From positions 22,818,001-22,882,000 of the forward strand of contig NW_024704743.1 of assembly GCF_018977255.1 (NCBI RefSeq): a stretch of DNA of 64,000 nucleotides, read 5' to 3'. The position numbers and the translations under genes are program-made. This DNA comes from Callorhinchus milii (taxonomy: Eukaryota). Positions 12,965 through 24,835 of this stretch are shown here, piece after piece (position 1 is the stretch's first letter; each line of letters starts with the position of its first letter). Under the pieces are notes generated by a model. It was not told the DNA's origin and made no database searches. It saw nothing but the letters and a program-made list of their open reading frames with translations.

Positions 12965-13686
12965 TAAAGATAATAATCCTTGCATTTGGTATAGCAACTT
13001 ATCATGTCGGTGAGAAGGCTGTCTTAAAGCATTTCTCAGGAATTACTGTGAAATGGAGTGACTGAGTAATTGTAGGCAAACACAACAGCACCAATTGCGC
13101 ACAGCAACGTCCACAAAGAGCCATGAAGTGAGTGACCAGTTTTATTTGGGGGACTGGGACCAGGCAAGGAGACTATCATGTCACTGGCCATGGTTCAATT
13201 ATTTTCTGACACTGTTCTTGCTGCCAACTTCTCACAAGATTGCGAGAGGTTTGAAGGAAGAAAGCTCTTTAGCCCAATTGATCTCATCCTTCCACAGTAC
13301 TTGGAAGTTTGCCTACAAATACACAGTCACTTCAATCTACGGTATATCCTATGAAGTACTTTGAGACGTCCTCCCTAAGTGATAGGCACTACTGCAAATG
13401 TAAAGACTATTATTAATATTGTAGTGGGCACAGGGGTGTCAAAGTGAAGAAGGTAACAATAGCCATAGTGTTCTGGAAGTGAGGAAATTAATGAATAGGT
13501 GGGAATGGATTCCATTACAATAGAGTGATAATAATAATCCTTGCATTTGATAGAGTGTTTTATCACGTCATTGAGATGTCTCAAAGTACTTCGCCGAATA
13601 TATTGTAAAGTGAATTGACTGTGTTTTGTGGACAAAACCAATTGTGCACAGCAGTGTCCCACAAACTTTCGTGGGTTGAGTGACCA
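12965..13686. mobile_element. Cluster of Deu-SINE 3' fragments (12965-13170 -, 13295-13415 +, 13527-13686 -) plus an old CR1 tail (~13240-13295 -)
   Basis: Repeated aatccttgcattt tails and caattg(c/t)gcacagca Deu-like motifs. Confidence 0.75.
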
Positions 13687-15053
13687 GAAGGACTGGAATA
13701 AGGAGCAATAGAAAGAGACCTCGGGGAGACAGAGAATGAGGAAGAGAGAAAAAAAGAGAAAGATTGCAAAGAAGAAATGGAGACAGAGAGACAAGGTTAA
13801 AGGAAAAATAGAAGTGCCGAGAACAAAACCAGCCTTAGCTAGTTTGCACCAGTTGTATTTCTTCTAGTCAAAATTGCGAATCGGACTTGATTATGTCTTT
13901 ACCTTTGTCTTAGGTTCTGTGATCTTGAGATCACTTTCTCTAAACTTGAGGTTAATGCATCTTGAAATAAAACCCTATTGGCACAGACCAACCTCAAACC
14001 ACTTTTGCATCCAGCGACTGACGCAGGTGTGACAAATTAATGAGAATGTACGTGTGTGCTGCTTACCCAAAGCTTGCAGCAAGTCCGGATATGTGCACTT
14101 TAGTTATTGCTGTAAATTGTTGGTGGCAGGGCACAGCCAAGTCAGGAAAGTCAGTGTGGTGTGTTAAAGGCAACAGGATGTGGGGGCTCTGTGAACCTAT
14201 TCTGTACTTGTATATACAGTTAGTATTTATAAATCGTGTACGGTACATGCTAAGAGTGTGTTAAACGAATTAGCTTTACTGCATAACCCATAAAGGCTTT
14301 GCTTAAAAGCCTAGGAATTGTAAAAGTCATGTTAAAACATATTTATTTTAACTTAATGACAAATGTTTGAGTATATTTGTATGATCCTCTTATGGAATAT
14401 TCTAAAAGTTTACATGTTCAACAACAAAGAACTTTCTGGGAAATGTATTTTCTTTTCACGAAAAAAAAACTTACAGGAAACACCTAATAAATTGATAACT
14501 TATTAAAATCGACAGAAGAAAGCAAACTTGTAATAATCCTCACGTTTGATATTGTGACCTTTCACAAAGCGTTTCACAGATATTGCAGTGCTCCTCCCAG
14601 TCCTGTACGGGAGTGTCAGCCCGCACTCTGAGCTCAAGCTCGAACATATGGCTTGGCCAGAAATCAAGACCTGCTGATGCTGAGGCAAGAGCCAAGCTGA
14701 CACAGTGGCAATGGCACGTCTCTTATGTGGGTAGAACATTTCATCATCAGAATGTTCTAACAGTAAATCACACTCAGGGGCAAACATTTTCCAAGGTCTT
14801 TGATCATTCAATCCCAGAATTCAGCTTGTGCAGAGAAAATGTACTAACTTCTTCCTGTTCATTGAGCGCCAACATCTGCAGAATGACTCTATCGGCCAAT
14901 GCTGAGAGACGTGCTCGCGCTCACAGAAACATTTGACATCTGCTGTGAGGAGTGGGGGGAGGTGAATGGAATGGAAAACGAAGTTTAGAAAATCTGTCAG
15001 AATAAAAGCAGATTGTGTGAAATCTGACAATTTCGCCCTTTTCTCTCCCTCAG

Positions 15054-15067
15054 CTGTTTCTGTTATG
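15054..15067 (+). other. Candidate 14-nt micro-exon (CTGTTTCTGTTATG) of an unidentified transcript
   Basis: Branch-point-like ctgac at 15024-15028, pyrimidine tract tttcgcccttttctctccctcag, and donor atg|gtacgt. Confidence 0.35.
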
Positions 15068-15213
15068 GTACGTAGGTCTGTTTAAAATCAGTTACAGTAA
15101 GAGTGTTAGGAGCAATTGTGGGTGCTTTGTGAATGCAGATAAATTGACTGTATATGTAGAATGTATATGTGAAAAGATTGTACTGAGATTGCCAGGATTT
15201 CTGAAGCGTTTCT

Positions 15214-15720
15214 GTGGAGTTCTGTAACTTAGTGGTTAGAGCACTCGCCTCTCAAGTGAGGGGACGTAGGTTTGATTCCCGGGAGGGGTGAAACCTTAGT
15301 CAAGTTTACTTACTCCACACGCCTCTGTTTACCTAGCAGTAAGTAGGAACCCGGTTGTTAGGCAATTGGTGGATCAGTTTCCGGGGTAAAAATCCCTTTA
15401 AAATAAATGAATAAATAATAATTTTGTCATTCAATCCATAACTATTTGTGGGACACTGCTGCGTGCAATTGGCTGTTGTGTTTTGCCCACAAAAAAATAT
15501 AAATTTATGTTACAGTATATTCGCCTACAAAATATACAATCAATTCACTTTAGAGTAATATTCTGTGAAGTGCTTTGAGATGTCTTGAAGATGTGATTAG
15601 ACGCTATATCAAATGCCAGGATTATTATTATTATTCTGTGAAGCGTTTTGAGACATCTCAACGAAGTGATAAAGCGCTGTATCAAATGAAAGAATTATAA
15701 GAATAATTATTATTATTATT
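15214..15720 (+). mobile_element. tRNA-derived SINE, long variant, with a tandem second tail
   Basis: Head gtggagttctgtaacttagtggttagagc...ggtttgattccc, middle gtttacctagcagtaagtaggaacccgg, then two ctgtgaag...ttattatt tails. Confidence 0.9.
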
Positions 15721-15914
15721 TATGGGATTGTCAATTCTACTTACTCTATATCTACAGACAGCAGTGTGACTTTGCTCTTACCTCTTACCCGTTTAGGACA
15801 TCTACACCAAATAATTGTCAAACTTACAGTGTTGGTCACAGACCCTTCCCATTAGACTGTGGATTGTGCTCATTGCAGATGGTGCAGGCCTAAGGAAAAC
15901 ATTCATGTGGTCGC

Positions 15915-16215
15915 AAGAGAGGTTTGGTTGAAGAAGGACCTTTGGCTCAATTGATCTCATCGTTTTAGAGTACCCACCCTGCTATCTTCCCATTACGGTA
16001 TTAAGCTGGTTCTGTGTCCCATCACCAACACCCTTTCCATTAACCAGTTCCACATGTTCATTACTGTTCCTCAATCACACTCTACTACGCCTCATATAAA
16101 TTTCCTACAAAAATATCAAGTCATTACACTTCGCAGTAAAATCCTACAAAGAGCTTTGAGACGACTTCATGACGTGATAAGGCACTATGTCAAATGCAAA
16201 GATTATTAGTATTAT
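15915..16215. mobile_element. Old CR1 tail (-, ~15915-16070) followed by a SINE tail (+, ~16100-16215)
   Basis: gaggtttggttgaagaaggacctttggctcaattgatctcatc is homologous to 32825-32870 and to the reverse complement of 50100-50140. The SINE tail is aaatgcaaagattatt. Confidence 0.7.
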
Positions 16216-16539
16216 TTGATCAGTAGAACTCCTGTTTTACGTTAAAACACGCTAAACACTTAGATTTCTTTCCTCGCTACTACCTTTGTTGTTGTAACAC
16301 TAAAATGTCATGGTCAGGTGCCATTTCATGGATGGAACTGATGCAATTCCATAAAAGGTTCAGTTTAAAGGGGCACCACCTTCACAAAATAATGCCCAGC
16401 AAATGTATTTTATAGTTTGAGAAAAGGGACGGGCTGGAGAGTCTTGCATTGCGTTTTCACAAAGAAGGCACATGTGAGTGACTCACACACATATTGTTCT
16501 TGTGGGTTCACTGCAGATGGAAAAAGAGTCACCATACAT

Positions 16540-16865
16540 TATTGTTTTTCTCTTCCCCTGAAGGCACTGACTCACAAATGGAGCATAGTTTCACCTCCCA
16601 CCCTTACCCAAGGGGTCAATCTTCATATATGAGCATTGGCGGTCTGGCCAACTGTGGGAATGTGACAAAACTCCAACCCCAATTACCCATGTCAAAGTTT
16701 GAACAAGGATCACTGGACAGCGATCAGAAATATAAGCTCCAGCTGTCCCCCCCCTTCTTTATAGCCTTGGGTATTTAAGGAGAATTGTAGCACTCCCAAT
16801 GTTACCAGTTAATTCAACAAAGACCAAGGATCAGATGTGAGACCTTCCCAGTGTGTATGACTCAG
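16540..16865 (-). mobile_element. Ancient SINE-like repeat (family Y), degenerate
   Basis: Patchy reverse-complement similarity to 54975-55300 (cctgaaggcactgactc, cttcatatatgagc, aattcaacaaagaccaagg). Confidence 0.5.
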
Positions 16866-16874
16866 ATTTCTGTA

Positions 16875-18210
16875 GAAGTCCTGTAGCTCAGTGGTTAGAG
16901 AACTCGCCTCGCAAGTGAGAGACTGCGTTTGATTCTGGGCACAGCGAAAATTTGGGCGAATGTTGCAGCATTCCCCAGGGCTCTGTCCTTGGCCCCCTCC
17001 TCTTCAATATCTATATGCTCCCTCTTGGTGACATCATCCGCAGACATGGGATCAACTCTACCTCTCTGTCTCCACCCTTGACTCCAGGACCACTGCTGTC
17101 CTGACTGAATGTCTGTCGGACATAAAGTCCTTGATGAGAGCTAACTTTCTTCAGTTGAACATCAACAAGAGAGGCTCAGGCACTGACAGCAGCCCACTCC
17201 ACCTTACTAAGCCAGTCAGGAACCTTGGGGTCTTGTTTGACCCTCAACTGTCCTTTCTACCCCACATCTGCGCCATGACCCGCTCTGCCTTCCCCCACCT
17301 CCGCAATGTTGCCTGGCCACTGTCTCACATCGCAGGCCGCAGAAACCCTCATACATGCTTTCATTACATCGGGGCTTGACTATGCAAACTCCTTGCTTGT
17401 CGGCCTCCCCAACTCTCCCTCCACAGGCTGCAGATCATCCAGAAGTCTGCAGCCCATGTTCTTCCCGCACTAGGCTCCGTGACCCTATCACCCCCATCCT
17501 CGCGCAACTCCACTGGCTTCCCATCACACAGAGCATACTGTTCAAGATCCTGGTCCTCACCTTCAAAGCCCTCCACAGTCTTGCTCCCCCCTACCTCTGT
17601 GACCTCCTAAACCCCTACCATTCTGCCTGCTCCCTCCACTCAGAGGGCTCCAGCCTGCTTCACGAGCCCCACCTCACTCTCCCCACTATTGATGGGCGGG
17701 CCTTCTGCCGCTCTGCATCCACCCTCTGGAACTCTATCCCGCAGTCCTTCCGTCTCGCCCCCTCCCTCGCCACCTTCAAGACCCATCTCAAGACCCTCCT
17801 CTTCGACCGTGCTTTTGATCTCCCTACTTCCCCCCATGCCCTTCACCCTCCCCAACCCCGAACCCCAGCTCTGGTCTGTAGCTCTGTCTGTCCAGCGCCT
17901 TGGGACGTCCTCCTGACGTGAAAGGCGCTTTACACATGTAATTTTATTGTTGTTGTTGTTTACCTAGCAGTAAGCAGGAACCCGGTTGTTAGTTGATTGG
18001 TGGATTGCTTTTCTGGGGGTAATAATTCCTTAAAAAAAATTGGTCACTTCAATGCACGACTGTTTGTGGAACACAGCTGTGTGCAATTGGCTGCCGCATT
18101 TCACTCACAAAATATACAGTCAATTCACTTTGCAGTATAATCTGTGAAGCGCTTTGACACATCTCGAAGATGTGATAAGGCACTATACCAAATACAAGTA
18201 TTATTATTAT
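16875..18210 (+). mobile_element. tRNA-derived SINE, long variant, split by an L2 insertion
   Basis: Head at 16875-16964 (gtcctgtagctcagtggttagag). The remainder resumes at ~17957 (tgtttacctagcagtaag) and runs to the tail at ~18210. Confidence 0.9.
16965..17960 (+). mobile_element. 5'-truncated L2 LINE (RT to 3' end) with internal deletions and frameshifts
   Basis: [53 protein letters not shown] and PILAQLHWLPI...LTFKALHSLAPPYL. The tail is ccagcgccttgggacgtcctcctgacgtgaaaggcgc...(tgt)n. Confidence 0.95.
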
Positions 18211-18498
18211 AATTTCACTCCGATCAATAATTTACCTACCGAGGTATTAGCAGAGCAACCACACTATTTTAGGAAAGTCTGTGCCCCATCAAAAAGATAA
18301 TTATCAGATAGTTTCACAACAACCAGTGTTTGATGTTCTTTGGCAGTGAATATGTGAGTGGAGTTTACTTGTGAAAGGACTTAAGTGAACGAATAGTTGA
18401 CACATATTTCCAAAGGTTTAAATAAATGATCAAAGTGAAGCTTTCTTGCCATCGCCTTGAAGTATTCACTTAAAATGTACACTCCAGTGTAGTTTGTT

Positions 18499-18572
18499 CA
18501 ACTTTCTTTGGTCAGTCGGGTGTCTGCAAGCAGAAACTCATCACCTTCTTAAGAATATCCAAAGAGTCTGAG
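18499..18572 (-). mobile_element. 74-bp 3'-terminal copy of family X with a 13-bp target-site duplication
   Basis: The reverse complement reads tttggatattcttaagaaggtgatgag...cagacacccgactgaccaaagaaag, matching 25855-25920. It is flanked by agtgtagtttgtt at 18486-18498 and 18573-18585. Confidence 0.8.
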
Positions 18573-20019
18573 AGTGTAGTTTGTTAAATCGTCACCATTT
18601 TTAAGTGAAATAAATTTTGTATCATATGGGCTATACCTTCACTGTGTTTTTGAGATATTCGCATGGGAGCATTTTTTAACTCAGGCTCCATAACAAATGC
18701 TTCATGCTGCTTTAATGTTAGATCAAAGTGGAGGGGACAGTGGAGCGGAAGCTAAACCATGGTATTTCAACAACAAAGGTTGCAACTTCCTGCTGTTGCC
18801 AGGCATTGACTGTGGGTAAATCCAGTGCAGTGTGATTGTATTAGGTTTCCTTCATTTACCTCCACAATCTAATTCCATTTCACTTTTGCAATTGCCTCCA
18901 GACCTCATCTCCTATCTGTACCTTCCTTTCTTTAGACTGTGGTTTACAGCCTGTGCCTCACTATTTCCATTCCATCATTGGTGGCCAAGCCTTCAATTCC
19001 CCCAAATTCCCTTGTCCTCTCTATCCTCTCTTCACCCAGTTTGGGTGACAACAGTGTAAATGCTACCTATTGGACATGACAATGTTTGCTCCTTTTTCAC
19101 CTAACCAGGAAATCCCACAAGTGGTGGGACAATTGTCCACTTCCTGGAATCCATTGGCAGATTCCTACTTTTTGCTCAACTTTCCAAAGTGAACCTCTCC
19201 TTCCCTTTATTCCATCATAAATCCTGCATAAACTGCCTCATGGGGAAATCACTTTCTCATATGATCACTGGCTGACCTCCGACTTGCCATCCAGATCGTG
19301 TGAAATAACCATGGGTAAACCATCCTCGTAAAATTGGTAAACACTTAGCTCTTCTCCCCCTCCTGAAAGGACTTGGCTGAGTGAGAGATCCAACTGAGGA
19401 CAAATGGCACATCATTCTTTCCCCAATCTGTCTCTAACCTAAAGTTGTATTTCACCATTCAACACACTGCATTCCAACGCAGCAGTGAAAATATGAGGAC
19501 TTCCTAGTGAGTTGAGGCAAATGTGATTAAATGGACAAAAATACTGAATGACAGCAGTGTTTGAATCACTGCTACGTTACGCAGATGTTTCTCGTGAACG
19601 CAGTTCCTGCACTTTATGACCATCATTTGTACTTTTTATTACACATGCGCGAGTCCTTCTTACAGTTGAAAGCAGTGCCTTTGTTTCAGCTCATTTAGTT
19701 CAACATTTCTCTAAATAATTATGGCGTTAGATTATCTATGAGCAATAGCTTCACTCCAGGGAAAATAATGGTTGATCCCCCTATCTTGCTTATTATCTTG
19801 CTTATTAATGAGATGGACAAATACTGAGAAACATTGCTTTATAGTAAGCTGTGAAGGATGGATCCTGTGCCAGGATAGGTCTTTGCCTCCACAACTCTGC
19901 ACTGGAACTTTGACCTTTGTGAACTGTGCATCGAATGTTGATGCAGGAAGGACTGCTTGAATATAGTGCTTTGCCTGAAAATAGCTTCATGCCTAGTGCC
20001 TCCCTATTCTTTGTGATCT

Positions 20020-20245
20020 TCTGTTTGTCCCCTCAGTTCAGCTAACTTGGGACTTCTGCATCCCTCCACACCACCATCAGGTCCTACCCTCTCTCACTAG
20101 TTACTCCCTCGCTACCTATCTCTTTGACTGTACCTGTGATCATGACCCCTGCTCTTCTACCTCCTTTTTTCACCATTTGAACCTCTGTGAAGTACTCAGA
20201 GACTTTATCCTGTGTGAAGGGTGCTATAGACATCCATCTTGAGTA
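20020..20245 (+). mobile_element. Degenerate L2 3' end
   Basis: Tail ctgtgaagtactcagagactttatcctgtgtgaagggtgctatagac, preceded by a pyrimidine-rich L2-like stretch. Confidence 0.5.
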
Positions 20246-21560
20246 AAAAGTGGTTGCAAACCTTTTATTTTGTTGGGTGGGAGATGAGCCAGAGGTAACT
20301 CGACAGCTGTGTCCCATTAAGAATTTTTTTGTTTGCCTTTTTTGCTCTATGTTAGTACGTAATAGTAATAGAGGTCACTGTGTGTAAACATCACTGTCTA
20401 CAAGATCTCAACCTTATAGGTCCAGACTTTGCTGATGGTCTGACTCATTTGAATTCCTGAATGGGACCCAATGTTACTTCAGGTTTAGCACTTCATTAAA
20501 GATTTTAGGATTTGATCCAGTACTGATTCTCCAGACTCAAAATATACCAATTAGACAAGCTAGACCTCTTCAGACTTACCGTTTCAAATTGGATTGAAAA
20601 TGTAACCCTAGTTCTTTAGGATGCATGAAGACAGAACAAAAGGGCGCAAGTTTAGAGTTACAAGAGTCATAGGCAGCGGAGGCCTTTTGCGATTATCTGG
20701 TGGAGGTGGTGGCGGGGGGGGGGGATTGAATTAATTAATTAATGACTAGAGCAGGTTGAGGCCAGTACACTAGACTAATTTAAAAAAGTTTAATGCTGGT
20801 ATGGTGAATATTTTGGACAGGTGAGATCAGATGAGCTGAAGGGCCTTCTTCAACCAAACTAATCTTTGTGATCTTGTGCCCCAAAACAAATGGAAATCTG
20901 GAATCTTTGGGATGTTTTATTTGCAAGGATTCAAATGTAACCCTATATATTGTTGTGTTGTCACCCACGAACTGTGTACATCTGTCCCTGATTTGTTTCT
21001 TATCTTGATGGCACAAATACAGGTTTGGATCTGTGCTGGAGATCTGTGAGGTTTCACGACAGGTTTGCTGTGAATTCTGAAACATCGCAGCTTTAATGTC
21101 TGGGGGTGGGTGTGGGGGGAACTCGGACGTTTGGTCAGAAAACGATGGATGGCTGGGGTTACTCTGCTCCTTCGCTCAAAATGGCACATTCAATCATCTG
21201 AGCAAAGCACCATTCTATTCTGGTAAATTTTGAGAATTGGTCTGTGCACACTTAAGAAATAAAATTGTTTCTAGGCATACAGGAAGGAAGTGACAATTGC
21301 CGAATGGAGAGAATAATACAGAGCCAGCATCAATGAGCTACGTTGAGAGCCCTGAGCGTACGTTCCATGCAGACAGTCACTGATGTTGGCTCAGTATTGT
21401 ACCTGGGAAAATAGATACTTGAGTCTGCACATAACACACACTGGGAGAATTCTGCAGTATGTAGTGTCAACTTGTCTCAGTTGGAAGCACTCTCTTGCTT
21501 CTTCCTCTCCCTCCCCCTCCCCACCCCCCGCACAACATTAGTCCTCAAGATTAACTGTTT

Positions 21561-21885
21561 ATAATAATAATAATAATAATAATCCTTGCATTTGATATAG
21601 CGCTTTTCACGTCGGGAGGACGTCCCAAAGCGCTTCACAGAATAGACTGTAAAGTGAATTGACTGTATATTTGTGGGCGAACGCGGCAGCCAATTGCGCA
21701 CAGCAATGTCCCACAAACAGTCGTAGATTGAAAATGACCAATTTATTATTGTTTTTGTTTTGGAGGGATTATTATTAGGCGTGTGGAGTAAGGAAACTTG
21801 CCCAAGGTTTCGCCCTGCCTGGAATTGAACTCAGGTCTCTCACTTGCAAAGCGAGTGCTCTAACCACTGAGCTACAGGGCTCCAC
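21561..21885 (-). mobile_element. Young full-length tRNA-derived SINE, short variant
   Basis: The reverse strand reads gtggagccctgtagctcagtggttagagcactcgctttgcaagtgagagacctgagttcaattcc...gggacgtcctcccgacgtgaaaagcgctatatcaaatgcaagga(tta)n, with CpGs retained. Confidence 0.95.
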
Positions 21886-21964
21886 GTAATCATCCAATGC
21901 CTGCTACATTTGCCTCCAGTCACTGTATGTGGCAGTAATAATGTTTTGAAGTGTTTTGAGATGT

Positions 21965-22033
21965 TTTGAGAGCTTTATGGGACGTCACCCGGTGTGGTGG
22001 GCGCTATATAAATGCAAGTTGTTGTTGTTGTTT
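21965..22033 (+). mobile_element. L2 3' tail
   Basis: gctttatgggacgtcacccgg...gcgctatataaatgcaagttgttgttgttg. Confidence 0.75.
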
Positions 22034-22251
22034 TGATATAAGCATTATAAAAATGCAAGTTCATTCATTCGATTGTGATACCAACTGTATCGCATCACAA
22101 ACTGCAAGCCCCATCCTCCCACTGTTTTTCAAAAGTCTGCCCACCCCATCACTCCCTTTCAGTCATTCTCAAGCCTTTAGTGTTGGCATTCCACATGTGC
22201 AAAACCAGCAAAGTGTCCCACTGCTAACAAGTTCCGTCCTTGTTTTTAAAG

Positions 22252-22328
22252 CAAGATCTGGCACTTTGGAGAGCAGTCCATTTGAATTTTTGCTCTGCGC
22301 TTATCTCTGTCAACATCTTCCTCCTTGG
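22252..22328 (+). other. Candidate 77-nt exon with a hydrophobic reading (QDLALWRAVHLNFCSALISVNIFLLG)
   Basis: Branch-point-like gctaac, acceptor ttccgtccttgtttttaaag, and donor tgg|gtgagc, in unique sequence. Confidence 0.28.
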
Positions 22329-23460
22329 GTGAGCTACCATTGTGTTCGTGGTAACAAAGAGGAGGCTCCAATCATTGACCACGGGTCAACCCTTCAGTCG
22401 TCACTCAGTTGTAAGCAAAGAAAACAGGAAAACAAATTAAGATTAAAAACAAAAGACTGATTACATGCACAGAGAGACTCTTCACATGACCTGATTTAGA
22501 CCATCAGAATGCAATCACTCCTACTGATACCTTTTCTGATTGTAACCAGTTGTACTGCAGTTGCCCCGTTTGAACTACATTGAAGTACACTGAAGGTGCA
22601 AACTGAGAATTACCAGTATTGTAGTGCATAATAGATAACCATTGATGAGCCTTATATCAATAGCAATCTAAACCGTTTAGCGGCAGTAAATTGTCACATT
22701 GCTCTTTGACTTGGAATTGTCTCAGGGATTGTACTGTTTCCTACAATAATAATAATAATTCATAATAATAACCCTTACATTTGATTTAGCACTTTATCAT
22801 GTCATTAAGCACTTCACAAAATATATTATAAAGTGATTTTACTGTGTATTTTGTGTGCGATCTCTTGTTGAACTCTTTAATTAAAATTTTAAAACCCAAG
22901 TTAAAACTTTGCTTGCTTAACTAGGATTGCTGAATCATCTATTAAGCTCTGGTAGATATTTAGACATTCAAGCTGTACCACAAAGACTCCTAAATCTTTC
23001 CAAACCTCAGTAACCACAAGGTAAAAACTGTCTTTTATTGCAGTCATCTGCACCTGCATCTTACTGTTTATGCCACTATATAAATATAACCCACATACAT
23101 AACCCATACAGCTGTCTGAGAAACAGAGGGTGTTGCTTCAATAATGGTGCACTAGAAAGAGCACAACTGCTACATATTTTGATCTTTGACTAAAGCGAAA
23201 CAATCACAGTGTACCATGAATAAAGTAACATGCTTTACTTATTGCAGAACTGAAAAACACCTTCTCAAGTTAAATCAAAGATAATTCTCAATATGGGAAA
23301 TACACAATGGTTGGGATGCACTCTGCTGACTTCATCAGAAGAGGGTAGAATGTGGGGGAGATGGAAACTGGGCTGTATCAAAACATTTTGGCCAAATGGT
23401 GTTGAATTATTTCATCCCACCACTTGTATGTGATCCCATTGTGAAGACAAAATAATAATA

Positions 23461-23629
23461 CAGTAAACTCCTGATAACTCGACCCTGGCTTAACTTGTCA
23501 CTACCACTTAAGTCATCGTGCTGTCAAGCATATTTATTTATGTATTATATATATGCCTAACTCGCTACTTCGACGACTCATCACCGAGCCCTTTTCCCTT
23601 GGAGTGATGAGTTATCAGTAGTTTTACTG
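23461..23629. mobile_element. Tc1/mariner-superfamily (pogo/Tigger-like) MITE, 169 bp
   Basis: TIRs cagtaaa-ctcctgataactc and (reverse complement) cagtaaaactactgataactc. TA at 23459-23460 and 23630-23631. It sits in the (TAA)n tail of a minus-strand SINE (23632-23742). Confidence 0.85.
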
Positions 23630-24835
23630 TAATAATAATCCTTGCATTTGGTATAGCGTCTTTCACGTCAGGAGGATGTCTGAAAGCGCTTCACAGGATT
23701 TCACTGTAATGTGTAGTGACTGTGTATATTGTGGATGAACGTTGATCCTTAGTTTCTATGTTTTCAACCTCCCTCATTTCCACTGTGAAAGGTTTCCTTT
23801 TTCTCATTTACTGCCAGTGTCCTTTCACACAAATGTGGACACTCACACATACACACAACTCACAGAAGAACGGGCTAGCAAGGAATGGGGATGTTGAAGC
23901 TTCACTTAAAAAGGAGAAAGAAACAGAGAAAGAAAGACGCAATCCTGTAATCTGATTTGAGGAGATTAGCAGGTAAGGACGAGCAAAGAAAACAAATTCC
24001 GAATGTGAAATGACTTGAATCTGGCCTGCTTTAGTTAATTTGTTGAACACCTGAGCTTGGCCTGATTGGAACTCTTAAAGCGCAGAAATGTCTGTATGCT
24101 TCAACATCAACAACTGTGAGCAGAGGTCAATCCCTCAATGTTGTCCTGGCTGAGATCAGATCACTCAGCACAGTCCAGGATTCAAAACTCCAATCTTCCA
24201 GAATTGTTGTAGCGTTATAACTGCACTTTAACTACTTGGGCATTGGAGAAGCTAGTGGGACACTAATAGGGTCTAATTAAGGTCTAATAAGTTGTGATTT
24301 CTAATGGAATTACTAAATACGAAAAACAGAAGTATGACATGGTGTTTAGTGGGAACTCCGTTCTGACGGGATATTCTTTTGGAGCAGAGTTCTCGTGGAT
24401 TACTATGATGTGCAATGTGCTTCTCATCACTGGTTAGATTCCCCATTCATTTTACTATTTAAGGAATCCCAAGTGAAATTGACACTTACTGTATTTAACT
24501 CAACTGTCTATACCTTTATGTTACATGGCAAAACCTAAGGATTCTAAATGTATTGAAATACTTTGTGCTTTCGTAAATGTAAAGTAGCTATAGAACAAAT
24601 TGTTTGGGTTTCCACTGTTTGTCTGTACTGGGTGTTCTTTCTATCATGTTACAATCTTATAGACAGATATTAAAAGGTCCTTTTTGAGTAGTTGAAAGTC
24701 GTTTCGATGTCTTGGTCCATCCAGCTTATAACATGAAGCATTTTGAGACATCTTCCCAATGTGAAAAGCACTATTTCAAATGCAATGATTATTAATATTT
24801 GGTCCGTCATGTCTGTGCTGGAGCTAGCTACTCTA

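Noticed and set aside
15820..15862. Possible Penelope-type hammerhead ribozyme remnant
   Set aside because: The CUGANGA and GAAA core is not intact, and the similarity is too short.
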